A DNA stretch of 64,000 nt from Somniosus microcephalus (GCA_052327205.1 CM126223.1:37076001-37140000), one strand, 5' to 3'. Shown: positions 1 through 13,139, counted from the stretch's first letter. Notes: generated by a model not told the origin, from the sequence alone. Numbers and translations: made by a program.

Positions 1-174
1 ACAAGGCCCAGGTCCCACGCCAGCACGACCAGGCGGGGCAAACGGACTTCAAACATGTTTTAAGCACTACTTTAAAATCGCCCCCCTTATTTCCTGAGGA
101 CATCCCAAGCCACTTCACAACTAATAGATTACTTTTAAAGTGCAGTTGCTGTTGTTAAGAGTAAAAAAGAGAAT

Positions 175-850
175 GAGAGGGAAGAAGTCTTATGCAATTA
201 TATAGGACCTTGGTGAGACTACATCTGGAGTACTGTGTACATTCTTGGTCTCCTTAACCAAGGAAGGATATACTTGCCTTAGAGGGAGTGCAATATTTTC
301 ACTCTAGGGGAATCAAGGGATATGGAGATCGGGCAAAAAGTGGAGTTGAGGTCAAAGATCATGGTCTTACTGAATGGCAGAGCAGGCTCGAAGGGCCGTA
401 TGGCCTACTCCTGCTCCTATTTCTTATGTTCTTAACGAAGGTTCACCAGATTGATTCCTGGGATGGGGGGGGGGGATTGTCCTATAAGGACAGATTGAGG
501 AGACTAGGCCTATATTCCCTAGAATTTAGAAGAATGAGAGATGATCTCATTCAAACATATGAAGTTCTTACAGGGCTTGACAGGGTAGATGCTGGGAGTA
601 TGATTCCCCTGACTGGGGAGTCTAGAACCAGGGGTCACAGTCTCAGAATAAGGGGTTGGCATTTAGGACTGAGATGAGGAGAAATTTCTTCACTCAGAGG
701 ATTGTGAAACTTTGGAATTCTCTACCCCAAAGGGCTGTGGAGGCTCAGTAATTGAGTATATTCAAGACAGAGATCGATAGATTTTTGGATATTAAGTAAT
801 CAAGGGATATGGGGATATTGCAGGAAAGTGGAGTTGAGATAGAAGATCAG
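175..850 (+). mobile_element. CR1-type LINE 3' fragment with a second CR1 3' end nested at about 295-432
   Basis: RLRRLGLYSLEFRRMRDDLIQTY...TRGHSLRI motif and the CR1 3'UTR gcctactcctgctcctatttcttatg. Confidence 0.85.
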
Positions 851-854
851 CCGT

Positions 855-1214
855 GTAAACTCGCACCAAGTACCGCTCACCCATTTCCCCTGTGCTTGTT
901 GACCTACATTGGCTCCCAGTTAAGCAACGCCTCAATTTTAAAATTCTCATCCTTGTTTTCAAATCCCTCCATGGCCTCGCCCCTCCCTATCTCTGTAATC
1001 TCCTCCAGGCCTATAATTCCCCTGGACCTCTGCGTTCCATCTATTCTGGACTTTTGAACATCCCCGATTTTAAATGCTCCACCATTGCCGGCTGTGCCTT
1101 CAGCTGCCTAGGACATATTGCCATATTATGAAAAGGATATAGCGACACTGGAGAGGGTGCAAAAAAGAGAGACTGGAGGAGAGAGAGAGAGAGAGAGAGA
1201 CTGGGGGGGGGGGG

Positions 1215-1246
<32 letters not shown>

Positions 1247-1470
1247 CTGGAATTCCCTCCCTAAACCTCCCCGCCTCTCTACTTCTCTTTCCTCCTTTAA
1301 GACGCTCCTTAAAACCTACCTCTGCGACCAAGCTTTTGGTCACCTGCCCTAACATCATCTTATATGGCTCGGCATCAAATTTTGTGTTTTTTGACAACAC
1401 TCCTGTGAAGCATCTTGGGACGTTTTATTACGTTAAAGGCGCTATATAAATTTAACCTGTTGTTGTTGAG
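855..1470 (+). mobile_element. L2-type LINE 3' fragment, interrupted by a CR1 scrap and (GA)n/poly-G at about 1110-1250
   Basis: LHWLPVKQRLNFKIL..VFKSLHGLAPPYL motif; ends ggcgctatataaat...(tgt)n. Confidence 0.85.
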
Positions 1471-2403
1471 ATGCCATTTATTCTTTGGGACTAACGTTGA
1501 AGATGCTAATTGTCAATTCACCAACCACCATACTATTCTGCTGTGCTGATGTTTCCTTTCTGTTTCCCATTTAAGTCCAGCTGCTTCAATTCCTTTCTGC
1601 ATGTTCCCTCCCCCCCTCATTTAACGCTCTCTCTTGGCTCCCTGTCCTTAGGGTTCAGCCATGTCATACATCTTCCCCAACTAAGAGGATGTACCAGGTA
1701 TCTCAGGCCCGAGAATGCCACTGCTGAGCCAACCTCGAGAAGGAGCACATGAGCTGTCGGAGGGGACTATCCCCATTCCACTTCCTTCTGTGCGGGAAAC
1801 GCCAAGCTTCTGCTTGGGGATCTCGCTTGTCCATTTAGCCAAAATCAAAAGAATGTCTTATAAGGAAATGTAGGCACAAATCCATGCTCTGCCACTGTAA
1901 AGTGCAGTGTGTTGGTAGCTCACTATATTGGGCTGTTGCACTAGGTTTTTCTGCATATCTCCAGTCTTCTGAAACAATTAGATTGCCAACAGATCAGATT
2001 ATTCAGCAATCTTACCCAATTATTAATCTAATTAGTACTCAACTCATTCACTCTTTTTCTGCTAACAGAGATTTGGTGCCAGTCCCCCATTTAAACAGGG
2101 TACTAGCACATCTATTGGAGTAAATTGGGCATTCTACTGTTCCACGCCCTGTAGCCTCTAAACAACTGCACAGGAACACAAGATAATTACTGATAAGGAA
2201 GGCCACTTAGCCCATCTTAATTTGTCCATCTGGCCGCTTCTTAAAGTCCCGGCTTCAACACAGTTCAAATCATTTTCAAATAAAAATTAGATTTACAGAC
2301 GAGCATTGTTTGCGACATCAACTAACAGCTCACCAATGTGCCCTCCTCACCAAAGCACTATTTAAATAACGCAAATTACATAAACCCGAAAATAAAAATG
2401 TCT

Positions 2404-2820
2404 AGCCTAGATTTACCAAACTTCCCACCTCTGATTCAACGAGCAAGTGGTCTGCACAGGTACAGTGCCCGTGCAGTGAGGCGAGAAAACGGTCTGTTAC
2501 TGAGGACTCGCATTAAACCGGGAAGGTCTAGAAATAGCCTTTAAGCAGCGCTGGAGAGGCCACACGTAGACCTGGCTGTCCTCAATGCAGCCGGCGCTCA
2601 GGGCAAGCCAATTTGCTGCAGGAGGTATAAAACAGACGTTAGGCCCCTTACTTGCACATGCAAAGGGACGAACACCTGCTTCAGGTGCGGGCCCCTAGGT
2701 GCCTCGTTTGATGCCTCTATTAATCTGCCGGGAGGCAGACTTCAGGCTCAGAACACGGGCGCACGCCGCCCACCATATTGGACGCTTTGGCGCCCATTTT
2801 ACGCCTCGAATTTCTAGGCT
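2404..2820. mobile_element. GC-rich non-autonomous DNA transposon (PIF/Harbinger-like MITE)
   Basis: Termini agcctagattt...aatttctaggct resemble the TIRs of the element at 62668-63351. Confidence 0.55.
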
Positions 2821-3249
2821 GATAAATCAGTTTACAGGATTTAGCAGGCCCCTGTTCTATTATATTTTGTTATATTTAGGCCAATGAAATTCCTTAAATG
2901 CATTTTGAAAGGCAATTTGAAAAACAGCTACAGAACCACAAAGGTGGCGTTGCTGAGGAGTGAGTTCTATAAGCTCAGTAGTGCCACCAGCAGGAACCTT
3001 AGTGGTATTGCAGTTAAAGAGAATGACTCATTCAAGGTGCTCTCACTATCTTTTTTAAAAGAGGAAAAGGATTAACTCACTTTAAATTTTTGAAAATATT
3101 AATTTTCTTGCTGCCATGGAGATGCTCAAGTGCAGTGTCCCCTCCTCCTAGGCCGGAACAGCTCCACTGTAAACTGTGGGAGATGTGACTTCAAACTGGC
3201 CTGAGAGTCACAGAGACTTTTAACCCTGCACATTTCTCAGCTCTGGTGG

Positions 3250-3502
3250 AGGGTTTCTGACCCTTCAGGATTGTCTTGGAGTCTCCAGGAATTGAAGATT
3301 AATCTCCAGGTCACTGCTGGGAGCAACCCAGGGAAAGAAGAAGTTGTAATGAATGGCAGTCAAGAATCAGCCATTCGGGTGACCAAGAGTCTGTTCGCTT
3401 TCCAATTGGCAGGGCTTGGCGTTGTGATTGGAGGAGCAACTGGCAGGAGGAGGTCATGTGATGAAATTTCCAGGATTACAGCCAGTAAGAGTTGGCAACC
3501 CC
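3250..3502. mobile_element. Degenerate MITE, possibly hAT-like
   Basis: Left end agggtttctgaccct and right end agttggcaaccc form imperfect AGGGTTGCCAAC-type inverted termini. Confidence 0.4.
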
Positions 3503-3653
3503 ACTCTGATGTGTTTTCTGACCTCGGTTTCAGAGCACTTGACTTGCTTGAAGTCGCACCCCATGCCAGTTGTAATGTCCCCACTCTGGGATGCAGGGGA
3601 CGCTCCCTGTAATTAGTGTCACTGGGGCAGCCCAGCCGGGAGTGAGAACCTAC

Positions 3654-3871
3654 GATAGCAAAATACTGCGGATGCTGGAAATCTGAAATAACAGAAAATG
3701 CTGGAAAAACTCAGCAGGCCAGGCAACATCCGTGGAGAGAGAAATAGTCAACGTTTCGGGTGGAAACCCTTTGTCTTGACGAAGGGTTTCGACCCGAAAC
3801 GTTGACTCTATTTTCTCTCCACGGATGTTGCCTGGCCTGCTGAGTTTTTCCAGCATTTTCTGTTGTTATAT
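3654..3871. mobile_element. Penelope-like terminal-repeat foldback with 13-bp target-site duplication
   Basis: Inverted arms of about 88 bp (3688-3776 and 3778-3865), flanked by agtgagaacctac at 3641-3653 and 3872-3884. Confidence 0.8.
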
Positions 3872-4662
3872 AGTGAGAACCTACTGTAGGCTTTCCATTC
3901 CAGCAATCATTTTGCTAAGAACGTCAGGTATTATTTTCTAATATAAAAAGAGGGAATACTGTGAGCCAAAAAGCACTCCCCCGGATGTTTCCTTCCCTTC
4001 TAAATGTTTTTTTGAAATGTTTGTCTGAACAGTTGAAGCACCAGCGACCACCAGCTGGTGACACTGCTGAGTTTGTACAACCTAACGATCTCAACACTGC
4101 CACCATCTGACACTTCATGGCACTGCAGCCTATAATCCAAATCACGGAATTCTTAATCCCATTTATTTCACCTCCCCGCTTTTCAATGAAAATATGGGCA
4201 CACCAAATTGATGGAATCACTGGCATCCTGCATTCTGTGACAGTATAATCAATTTTATACAATCATTTATACATCGATCAGGCGTGTGAACTTGTAAACG
4301 AGCTCTGATGTACGCTGCAACACGAAAAAAAGAATTTTTAAATGCCATTTTATATTTGTAATGGCATCACAGTGTAACGCAGCTTAACTAGCCCAGTGGT
4401 TGATGTGTCCACTGATGAGCAATTCAAGAATTAACGTATTTAAATGAGAGCAAAGATTTACACTGAACTGTGCCATTAAATGCTAAATTATTATGCAATC
4501 AAGAGGTCCCATATAACCAACTGCACCAAATTTGGACCTTTGTTTTCATGTGTACACTTAGGTGGAGTAGACTGTGCTTCATTTGCTAACTTGCTGGCAA
4601 TTGCTTCAGTCAGTGAATTGGTTACCCAACTGTTCCCCGCAGACTGGCCAGACCGTGATTAC

Positions 4663-4740
4663 CTAAATGAGCAGCTGGACCCAGGAAGCTGTTGTGATGA
4701 GGCGGAGGTCCGAAGGGATTTCCAGTTGGATGCGTGGTGC
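4663..4740 (-). CDS. AUTS2: AUTS2 coding exon (exon 16 equivalent)
   Basis: tttgtttttag|gcacc...cattta g|gtaatc; 78 nt, phase 1/1; (G)[25 protein letters not shown]. Confidence 0.95.
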   Translation of the reverse strand, partial: APRIQLEIPSDLRLITTASWVQLLI

Positions 4741-5104
4741 CTAAAAACAAATAGTGAAGTTAATTTTCCTTGAAGGTACGAGGGAAGCATTCGCACTAAA
4801 TCTTTCAAACTGATCTGCACAATTCTGCATTTGGTTGGCAAAACGGCTTTGTGAGGTAAAGCACGTTTTAATTAGTTACCTCTTGAAGGTGTCATGGGGA
4901 CTTGGCACAAGCTAGCACAGTTAACTCCAGGCTAGCTGGGTTTTCATTTTCAAGACTTTTGATTCCAATCATCGATGCAGGTTAGTGGAGAATGCTACCT
5001 TCCGTAAGGAAATATTTCCAGAAGTCATCTGGCTGTGTGTCTAATCTATTAAAAATAATTTAACTTAAAAAAAGCCTTTGCTCATTCAAGAGAGCGACAA
5101 ACTG

Positions 5105-5520
5105 GCTATAAGAGGCAGACGGAGAAATAGAGGGCGTGAAACACAAATAAAATGGAGGGAGCAAAAAAGACAGATAAATAGAAAGAGAGGCAGAAACAGA
5201 GATACCAAAAGAGGGAGAGGAAACAGACAGAGACAAAGAAATAAAGTAAGAAAATGGGAGAGATAAACAGAGAAGAAAGTGAGACAGAGAAAGAGGTAGA
5301 AAGAGACAGATAGAAAAATAGGTGAAGGAGAGGCAGAGAGAAACTAGGAGAACGAGAAACTAACAGAAATGGAGGGAGGGAGTTGGAGAAACAGGAAGAG
5401 AGACGATCAGAAAAAGGACAGATAAAGAAAGGGAAGAGAAAGACAAAGAGACAGAGAAGGAGAATAAAGGGAGACAGAAATAGAGGAAGAGTGAAGAAAG
5501 ACACAGTGAAATAGGGAAGA
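5105..5520 (+). repeat. Purine-rich (GA/GAGA) low-complexity tract
   Basis: Almost entirely A/G on the + strand. Confidence 0.85.
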
Positions 5521-5529
5521 CTTATTCTG

Positions 5530-5810
5530 TCCTCTTGTATTGAATTGTTGAAATAATCTAGTCACTATTTACTCTATCATAACCTTTCATAATCGTCAAT
5601 TCCTCGATCACGTCACTCCTTAACCCTCTGTTGTAAAACAAAATCCCCAACTTCTCATCTCTTTTCATAACTGTAATTCCCATCCCTGGTAACATCCTAG
5701 CTCCATCTTTTCCATTATGTTTTTCTATTCTTCGTATAATGGAGTCCCCAAACCTGTGCACAATATTCCAACTGTGGCTTCATTAAGGTCTTGTACAAGT
5801 TCAAGATTAA
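5530..5810 (-). mobile_element. Old CR1 fragment
   Basis: Degenerate translation RMLPGM...EKLG...LRSDVIEELTIMKGYDRV on the minus strand. Confidence 0.6.
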
Positions 5811-5939
5811 TCCTTGGGGGACTCCTGAGGTGACAATGCTGGGGTAGGTAGAGATGCTCTTGCAGCACCGAGAGTTTTATACATACACTGTGGCAATGCA
5901 CATCGGGAATCAAGACCGAGTGCAGTATTCAGGTCAAGC

Positions 5940-6165
5940 CGGGTTAGAGGGTGAGGGGATGATTGGACTTGGCAGGGGGGTGGGAGAGGGGGGTGGGAGG
6001 GAGGGGTGAGGGAGGGGGAGGGAGGAGGGGTGGGAGGGAGGGATGGGAGGGAGGAGGGGGGTGGAGGATACGAGGGGATGGGGTGGATACGATGAACAAG
6101 GGGAGGAGTTGTTGAGCAATGAGGGAAAGGGCGAGAACAGGCAGGGGAGGGATGGAAAACGAGAC
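5940..6165 (+). repeat. G-rich (GGGA/GGGT) low-complexity tract
   Basis: Many runs of three or more G. Confidence 0.8.
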
Positions 6166-7078
6166 ATGGGCCTAAATGTTACCAGGGCGGATAATTGGAA
6201 ATGCTAGTCTGTGGGATACCATTGAGAAAGGGAGCTCAATGTGGTGGGGGTTTGAAGGTGAAATGCCGCTCGGAGTAGGTGTGTTTGGGAATTGCTGTTC
6301 AGTGGGGTAAAGGGGAAATTATACTCAGACAGTATTGGGGGGGGGGGGGGGACTACTTTGATTATATCAGGCAAGCTGTTCTGTTGGCAAGCTGATTATA
6401 GTGTATGACTCAGGTGATGTTTCTGCAGTGAGATGAATCACGGGATGTACCACAAACTCTTACTGTGGTGGTGGGGGGGGGGCGCGACACGCAATGTTAG
6501 TGCAATGGGGGCGTATCATTTCTATGGGCTGGATTCAGTGGGAGACTTGAGCAGTTATTTGTCCAGTTTGTCATCAGGGATATTTCTGTATTTAGTCTAC
6601 ATTCGGATCCAGAGTCATCCTGAAGGATGAATGTGGTGCAATCCAAATGCTCCCCATTGCCAGTGGGAATTCATGCTGCATTAAAGAGCTTGGGAAAGGT
6701 GTCCCCTCTTTCTGCTTCTTTATTGGAGAACTGCGGAGATTGGCATTTTCATCATGGTGACAAGCACATGAACTTATTTTCCGAAGTTCAAGGAAGGGAG
6801 AATACAGGGTCAGTATAGTGGAGTCGTCGCAGTAATGTTAGCTGAGCGTCGGGTCCTTTAACAAATCGCATAATGTGACCCTCACAGTGCCACTCAGATA
6901 TATTACCATTAGAATGTCGTGGCCTTTTTTTTAATATATACTTATGTACACACATATATATCTATATATATAGTTCTATCGTTCTATACATACACTGGCT
7001 ATATGTAATATATATCTCCTGTGGTGTTGTGCAGAGAGAGACAGAAAGAGAGACAGAAAGAAAGAAAAAGAGACAGAA

Positions 7079-7496
7079 AGATGTCTCAAAGCACTTTACA
7101 GCCAATGAAGTACTTTTTGAAGTGCAGTCACTGTTGTAATGTAGGAAACGCGGCAGCCAATTTGCGCACAGCAAGCTCCCACAAACAGCAATGTGATAAT
7201 GACCAGATAATCTGTTTTTGTTATATTGGTTGAGGGATAAATATTGGCCAGGACACCGGGGATACCTCCCCTGCTCTTCTTCGAAATAGTGCCGTGGGAT
7301 ATTTTATGTCCACCTGAGAGAGCAGACGGAGCTTCGGTTTAACATCTCACCCGAAAGACGGCACCTCCGACAGTGCAGCACTCCCTCAGCACTCCACTGC
7401 ACTAGATTTTTGTGCTCAAGTCTCTGGAGTGGGACTTGAACCCACAACCTTCTGACTCAGAGGCGAGGGTGCTACCAACTGAGCCACAGCTGACAC
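7079..7496 (-). mobile_element. tRNA-derived DeuSINE (SacSINE1/AmnSINE-like)
   Basis: Minus-strand head tggctcagttggtagc (A box) ... gggttcaagtccc (B box), followed by a Deu-domain-like core gtgctgcactgtcggaggtgccgtctttcgg. Confidence 0.8.
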
Positions 7497-8739
7497 CGCA
7501 CTGGAGTGAGGAAGTACAGTAGTAGAGTGTGGGGTATAATTAAATCAGGGCATGCAGGATGTGATAATGTCCCCATTTTGGTCATGCATTCTGTCATTAT
7601 TACCTATGTTTCTATTAGAAATTCCTCTGTCTACAGTTATAATAAACACTGCCTATAATGGACACTGCCTGGATAAACACGTCTTACCGAAGTTACATCC
7701 TCCCACCAAGGTGGGGCCGCAGAGTTTCCGCTGTGGGGAGGGTGTAATTACAGTGTGACAAGTTTCCATTATAAAGGCAGACATAGAAATTGATAATTGG
7801 AAAAATGATGAGCAGATATTTAATAAATGAAGCAGGGATATTGGAAGGGAACTGTGGCCACACACAAGGACTGGGATTGTGTTTGGTTCTGTACAGTCAC
7901 AGATGCACTTGTCCCGAGTGACGCTGTCATGAGGACGTGCGTACAAAGCATGACAGTAACATCAGATTGCTTGAGCTGCATGATTCTGCTCCAACAAAAC
8001 CGGGGACTATTGGATTCCTTTCCTGCATGATTTACCAAAAGATTAACCATTTCTTTCTTCCATACTGTGGTGCATTTAGTCTTCCATGTGTGCACAGAAA
8101 AGCCGTGGAGGTACCAGAAAATTCCAGGGGAGAAAAGTCATGATTAAAAGTGTTGACTGGAATCTATTCCTTTTTAATAGAAGAAAGAACTTGCATTTAT
8201 ATAGCGCCTTTCACGATCTCAGGACAGCCCAACGTGCTTTAAAACTAATGAAGTATTTTGAAGTGTAGTCACTGTTGTAACGTAATAAAGATTTCTCCTG
8301 ACGAACGACTGTTATACGAACTCAATTCCTAGCCCAATTTATAATTCAAGTATACATTCTGGCCATTCAAATCTATTAACATGGACTATGCTGGAAGTGA
8401 ATAGTTTTTAAACATAACAATTTATTTTTTTTAAATATGGCATGCTTGTGCATGGTCTCTTCTTACCTGCAAGAACTGGCTAAATCTGGCTTGTTGCTTT
8501 TCTCTGCACAGAAGCAGATTGTGTTCCAGGTAAATGTTGTTGGAACACAAGGCAATGTATTCAATGCTGAATGTGAACACTGCCATCTAGTGGATACTGC
8601 TATTTGTATAGATCACAACAGAAAATGTTGGCGTCCCGGGGACACTTCATGTGTTTGACTGGCTGGGCACAGAGATGGAGTAGATGCTGGCATTCTATGA
8701 CTCCCGAGGGAAACCTCACCATTAAATGCTATTCCTTAC

Positions 8740-8881
8740 CAGCGGTAGAGAAGAGGGTTGCTGGGCGAGCCAGCTCATGGGGGTGGTGGATGGCTCCAAA
8801 CATGCTGGGGCCTGGTGGCCTGCTCAGGAACTCCGGTTTCAGGCCAAAGTCCAGCTTGTGTGGATCGGACTGCATCTGTTG
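8740..8881 (-). CDS. AUTS2: AUTS2 coding exon (exon 15 equivalent)
   Basis: cctcttgcag|caacagatg...gctg|gtaagg; 142 nt, phase 0 to phase 1; [47 protein letters not shown]. Confidence 0.97.
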
Positions 8882-9154
8882 CTGCAAGAGGCACAAACAA
8901 AAACAGCCGTTAAATTTATGTTTCACTCCATCTCATTCCGTTTCCCTTTTAAAAGCCTTCCCATCTTCAGTCATCGTTGCTGGGAAGAGCGGCAGGTGCA
9001 ATTTGACTGAATCCTGGTTTACACATCAACACACACAATTGAAAGAATGCCGACTTACTTGACAAACAAATAACACAATTCAAATGAGTGCTGACTCAAG
9101 CATTCAGTCTACTCTTAATTCAAAGTGGCTTAATTCCTACGATCCAGTAATTCA

Positions 9155-9654
9155 NNNNNNNNNNNNNNNNNNNNNNNNNNNNNNNNNNNNNNNNNNNNNN
9201 NNNNNNNNNNNNNNNNNNNNNNNNNNNNNNNNNNNNNNNNNNNNNNNNNNNNNNNNNNNNNNNNNNNNNNNNNNNNNNNNNNNNNNNNNNNNNNNNNNNN
9301 NNNNNNNNNNNNNNNNNNNNNNNNNNNNNNNNNNNNNNNNNNNNNNNNNNNNNNNNNNNNNNNNNNNNNNNNNNNNNNNNNNNNNNNNNNNNNNNNNNNN
9401 NNNNNNNNNNNNNNNNNNNNNNNNNNNNNNNNNNNNNNNNNNNNNNNNNNNNNNNNNNNNNNNNNNNNNNNNNNNNNNNNNNNNNNNNNNNNNNNNNNNN
9501 NNNNNNNNNNNNNNNNNNNNNNNNNNNNNNNNNNNNNNNNNNNNNNNNNNNNNNNNNNNNNNNNNNNNNNNNNNNNNNNNNNNNNNNNNNNNNNNNNNNN
9601 NNNNNNNNNNNNNNNNNNNNNNNNNNNNNNNNNNNNNNNNNNNNNNNNNNNNNN
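9155..9654. other. Assembly gap (500 N)
   Basis: Run of N. Confidence 1.
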
Positions 9655-10762
9655 CTCTCTCTGCGGGGGTCTCTCTCTCTCTCTCTGCCTGCGGGGGTCT
9701 CTCTCTCTGCGGGGGTCTCTCTCTCTCTCTGCCTGCGGGGGTCTCTCTCTCTCTCCTCTGCGGGGGTCTCCTCTCTGCGGGGGTCTCTCTCTCTCTCTGC
9801 CTGCGGGGGTCTCTCTCTCTCTCTCTGCGGGGGTCTCTCTCTCTGCGGGGGGGGCTCTCTCTCTCTCTCTCTCTCTGCGGGGGTCTCTCTCTCTGCGGGG
9901 GTCTCTCTCTCTCTGCAGGGGGTCTCTCTCTCTCTCTGCGGGGGGGGCTCTCTGCGGGGGGGGCTCTCTCTCTCTCTCTCTGCGGGGGGGGCTCTCTCTG
10001 CGGGGGGGGCTCTCTCTCTCTCTGCAGGGGGGCTCTCTCTCTGCGGGGGGGGCTCTCTCTCTCTCTGCGGGGGGGGCTCTCTCTCTCTCTGCGGGGGGCT
10101 CTCTCTCTCTCTCTCTCTCTGCAGGGGGGCGCTCTCTCTCTCTGCGGGGGGGGGCTCTCTCTCTCTCTCTCTGCGGGGGGGTCTCTCTCTCTGCGGGGGG
10201 GTCTCTCTCTCTCTCTCTGCGGGTGGTCTCTCTCTCTCTCTCTGCGGGGGGGCTCTCTCTCTCTCTCTCTGCGGGGGGGCTCTCTCTCTACGGGGGGCTC
10301 TCTCTCTCTCTCTGCGGGGGGTCTCTCTCTCTCTCTGCGGGGCATCTCTCTCTCTGCGGGGTGTCTCTCTCTCTCTCTCTCTCTCTCTGCGGGGGTCTCC
10401 CTCGCTCTCTCTCGCCGCTCTCTCTCTCTCTCTGCGGGGGTCTCTCTCTCTCTCTCTCTGCGGGGGGGGCTCTCTCTCTCTCTCTGCGGGGGGTCTCTCT
10501 CTCTCTCTCTCTGCGGGGGGGGGGGGCTCTCTCTCTCTCTCTGCGGGGGGGGCTCTCTCTCTCTCTCTCTCGGGGGGGGCTCTCTCTCTCTCTCTGCGGG
10601 GGTCTCTCTCTCTCTCTGCGGGGGATCTCTCTCTCTGCGGGGTCTCTCTCTCTCTCTCTCTGCGGGGGTCTCCCTCGCTCTCTCTCCGCGCTCTCTCTCT
10701 CTCTCTGCGGGGGTCTCCCTCGCTCTCTCTCGCGCTCTCTCTCTCTCTCTCTCTCTGCGGGG
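9655..10762. repeat. Compound (CT)n-GC-(G)n minisatellite
   Basis: Dozens of variable units of the form ctctctctctgcgggggg, abutting the gap. Confidence 0.95.
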
Positions 10763-11560
10763 AAGTGATACGAAAACATTAGAAAAATGGCGCAAACTGC
10801 ATTCATACCATTTCTCCATGGTTTCCGCGGCTCGTCGGCCAAAGTTACAATGGGCAGGCTGGAGACCCCCTGTGGGAATTCGTCCCCCCTGCACATCAAA
10901 CCTCTGCAATTTGCTGAGAGTCTGAATCATTTTCCAACCTTTGGCACCTTCAGTGCTGATAATATCGTGCATGCAACTGGACTGTCTCCAACAAAATCTT
11001 TGCTGACAGACCAGTAACCAGTAAACCAGGCCCTTCAGCCTAAGGACTTAGCCTGGTGTGTGTTCTAATGATAGTCAACTAGGAAACCTTGTGTAACATC
11101 CAGGGCACAATCCCAGGTGGTGCTTGGTCCTTTTAAATTGCTGCATCCCATTAGAACTAACTGAAGACAGATGAGTGTTGAGGAGAACCAGCCCTGGGGG
11201 TTCATGAACCTTTGGATGTCTGCAGTCAGACCCTGTTACAGCCAACAAGGTCCTCGGTCCCAGCCGAATCTCCACTGCAACTGTTGAGGCCTCTGGAAAT
11301 TCATTATTAGTTTCTCATTGCAGCAAAGTCCTGGCAAACCATTTACAAAGAAATATTCCACATCAAGATTACAAGTGGACTGAGATTTCTAGAAAATGAC
11401 AATAGAGGTTAACTGACCTTGCACTTTTTTTTTAAAACCATTTCTTTTGTTTGGACCTATGGTTCCCAAAGCTCGCCACCACTGGGGTTTTTCTTGTATC
11501 ATGTCTGGGTCTGTTGTAGACTAATTGAGAGAGATTGAGTAGAGAGAAATTGATAGAGAG

Positions 11561-12970
11561 GAAACGGGGAATTATAGACCGGTTAGCCTGACATCGGTGG
11601 TGGGGAAAATGCTAGAGTCCATTATAAAAGATGTAATAGCAGAGCACTTGGAAAACAGTGACAGGATCGGACAAAGTCAACATGGATTTACAAAAGGTAA
11701 ATCGTGCTTGACTAATCTACTGGAATTTTTTGAGGATGTAACTGGTAGAATAGATAAGGGAGAACCAGTGGATGGGGTGTATTTGGACTTTCAGAAGGCT
11801 TTTGATAAGGTCCCACATAAGACATTGGCGTGCAAAGTTAAAGCACATGGGATTGGGGGCAAGGTACTGACTTGGATAAAGAACTGGTTGGCAGACAGGA
11901 AGCAAAGAGTTGGAATAAACGGGTCTTTTTCCGAGTGGCAGGCAGTGACTAGTGGGGTACCGCAGGGATCGGTGCTAGGACCCCAGCATATACATATCAA
12001 TATATATTAATGATGATGATCTAGACGAGGGAATTAGATGTAATATCTCCAAGTTTGCAGATGACACAAAGCTGGGTGGGAGTCTGTGTTGAGAGGAGGA
12101 TGCAGAGAAACTCCAGGATGATTTGGACAGGTTGGGTGATTGGGCAGATGCAGTATAATGTGGATAAATGCGAGGTTATCCACTTTTGTAGCAAAAACAG
12201 GAAGACAGATTATTATCTGAACAGCAATAGATTGGGAAAAGGGGATGTGCAATGAGACCTGGGTGTCCTTGTGCACCAGTCGCTGAAGGTAAGCATGCAG
12301 GTGCAGCAGGCGGTGAAGAAGGCAAATGGTATGCTGGCCTTCATAGCGAGAGGATTCGAGTACAGGAGCAAGGATGTCTTGCTGCAGTTGTACAGGGTCT
12401 TGGTGAGACCACACCTTGAGTATTGTGTGCAGTTTGGTCGCCTTAGCTGAGGAAGGATGTTCTTGCCATGGAGGGAGTGCAGCGAAGATTCACCAGACTG
12501 ATACCTGGGATGGCAGGAATGACATATGAGGAGAGATTGGGTCAATTGGGCTTATATTCGCTAGAGTTTAGAAGAATGAGGGGGGATCTCATTGAAACTT
12601 ATAAAATTCTGACAGGACTGGACAGACTAGATGCAGGAAGGATGTTCCCAATGGCAGGGAGTCCAGAACCAGGGGTCACAGTCTAAGGATAAGAGGTAAG
12701 CCATTTAGGACAGAGATGAGGAGGAATTTCTTCACCCAGAGTGGTGAACCTGTGGAATTCTCTACCACAGAAGGCAGTTGAGGCCAATTCATTAAATATA
12801 TTCAAGAAGGAGTTAGATATATTTCTTAAGGCTAAAGGGATCAAGGGATATGGGGAGAAAGCAGGGACAGGGTACTGAATTTGGATGATCAGCCATGATC
12901 TCATTAAATGGTGGAACAGGCTCGAGGGGCCGAATGGCCTACTCCTGCTCCTATCTTCTATGTTTCTATG
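11561..12970 (+). mobile_element. CR1 LINE, 5'-truncated (RT domain plus 3'UTR), with frameshifts and stops
   Basis: QHGFTKGKSCLTNL, YLDFQKAFDKVPH, SGVPQGSVLGP and FADDTK motifs; tail ctatgtttctatg. Confidence 0.95.
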
Positions 12971-13139
12971 CTATGATTAGTTACCAACTCCATTATCATT
13001 GCATCATGTGACTGCCAGGATGGTAGAAGGTGAACTAGGTGGACCATGGGCGTCTTTCATCCAGCAATCTCTATGTCCCTGTGTACCAGCATCAGTGGTG
13101 TGGAATAGAATGTTTCCCATTTTAGGCACCATCAAACAT

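Noticed and set aside
1-4600. AUTS2 exon 17 (and exon 6 in 47732-64000)
   Set aside because: No matching peptide with splice sites found by eye; presumed to lie outside the window.
5078-5504. Hydrophobic or basic ORFs resembling a membrane protein
   Set aside because: Translation of a purine-rich low-complexity tract.
7420-7496. Possible tRNA gene
   Set aside because: The A and B boxes run directly into a SINE body that recurs elsewhere in the window, so this is a SINE head.
9084-10972. 600-aa ORFs on both strands
   Set aside because: Artefacts of the N gap and a stop-free low-complexity repeat.
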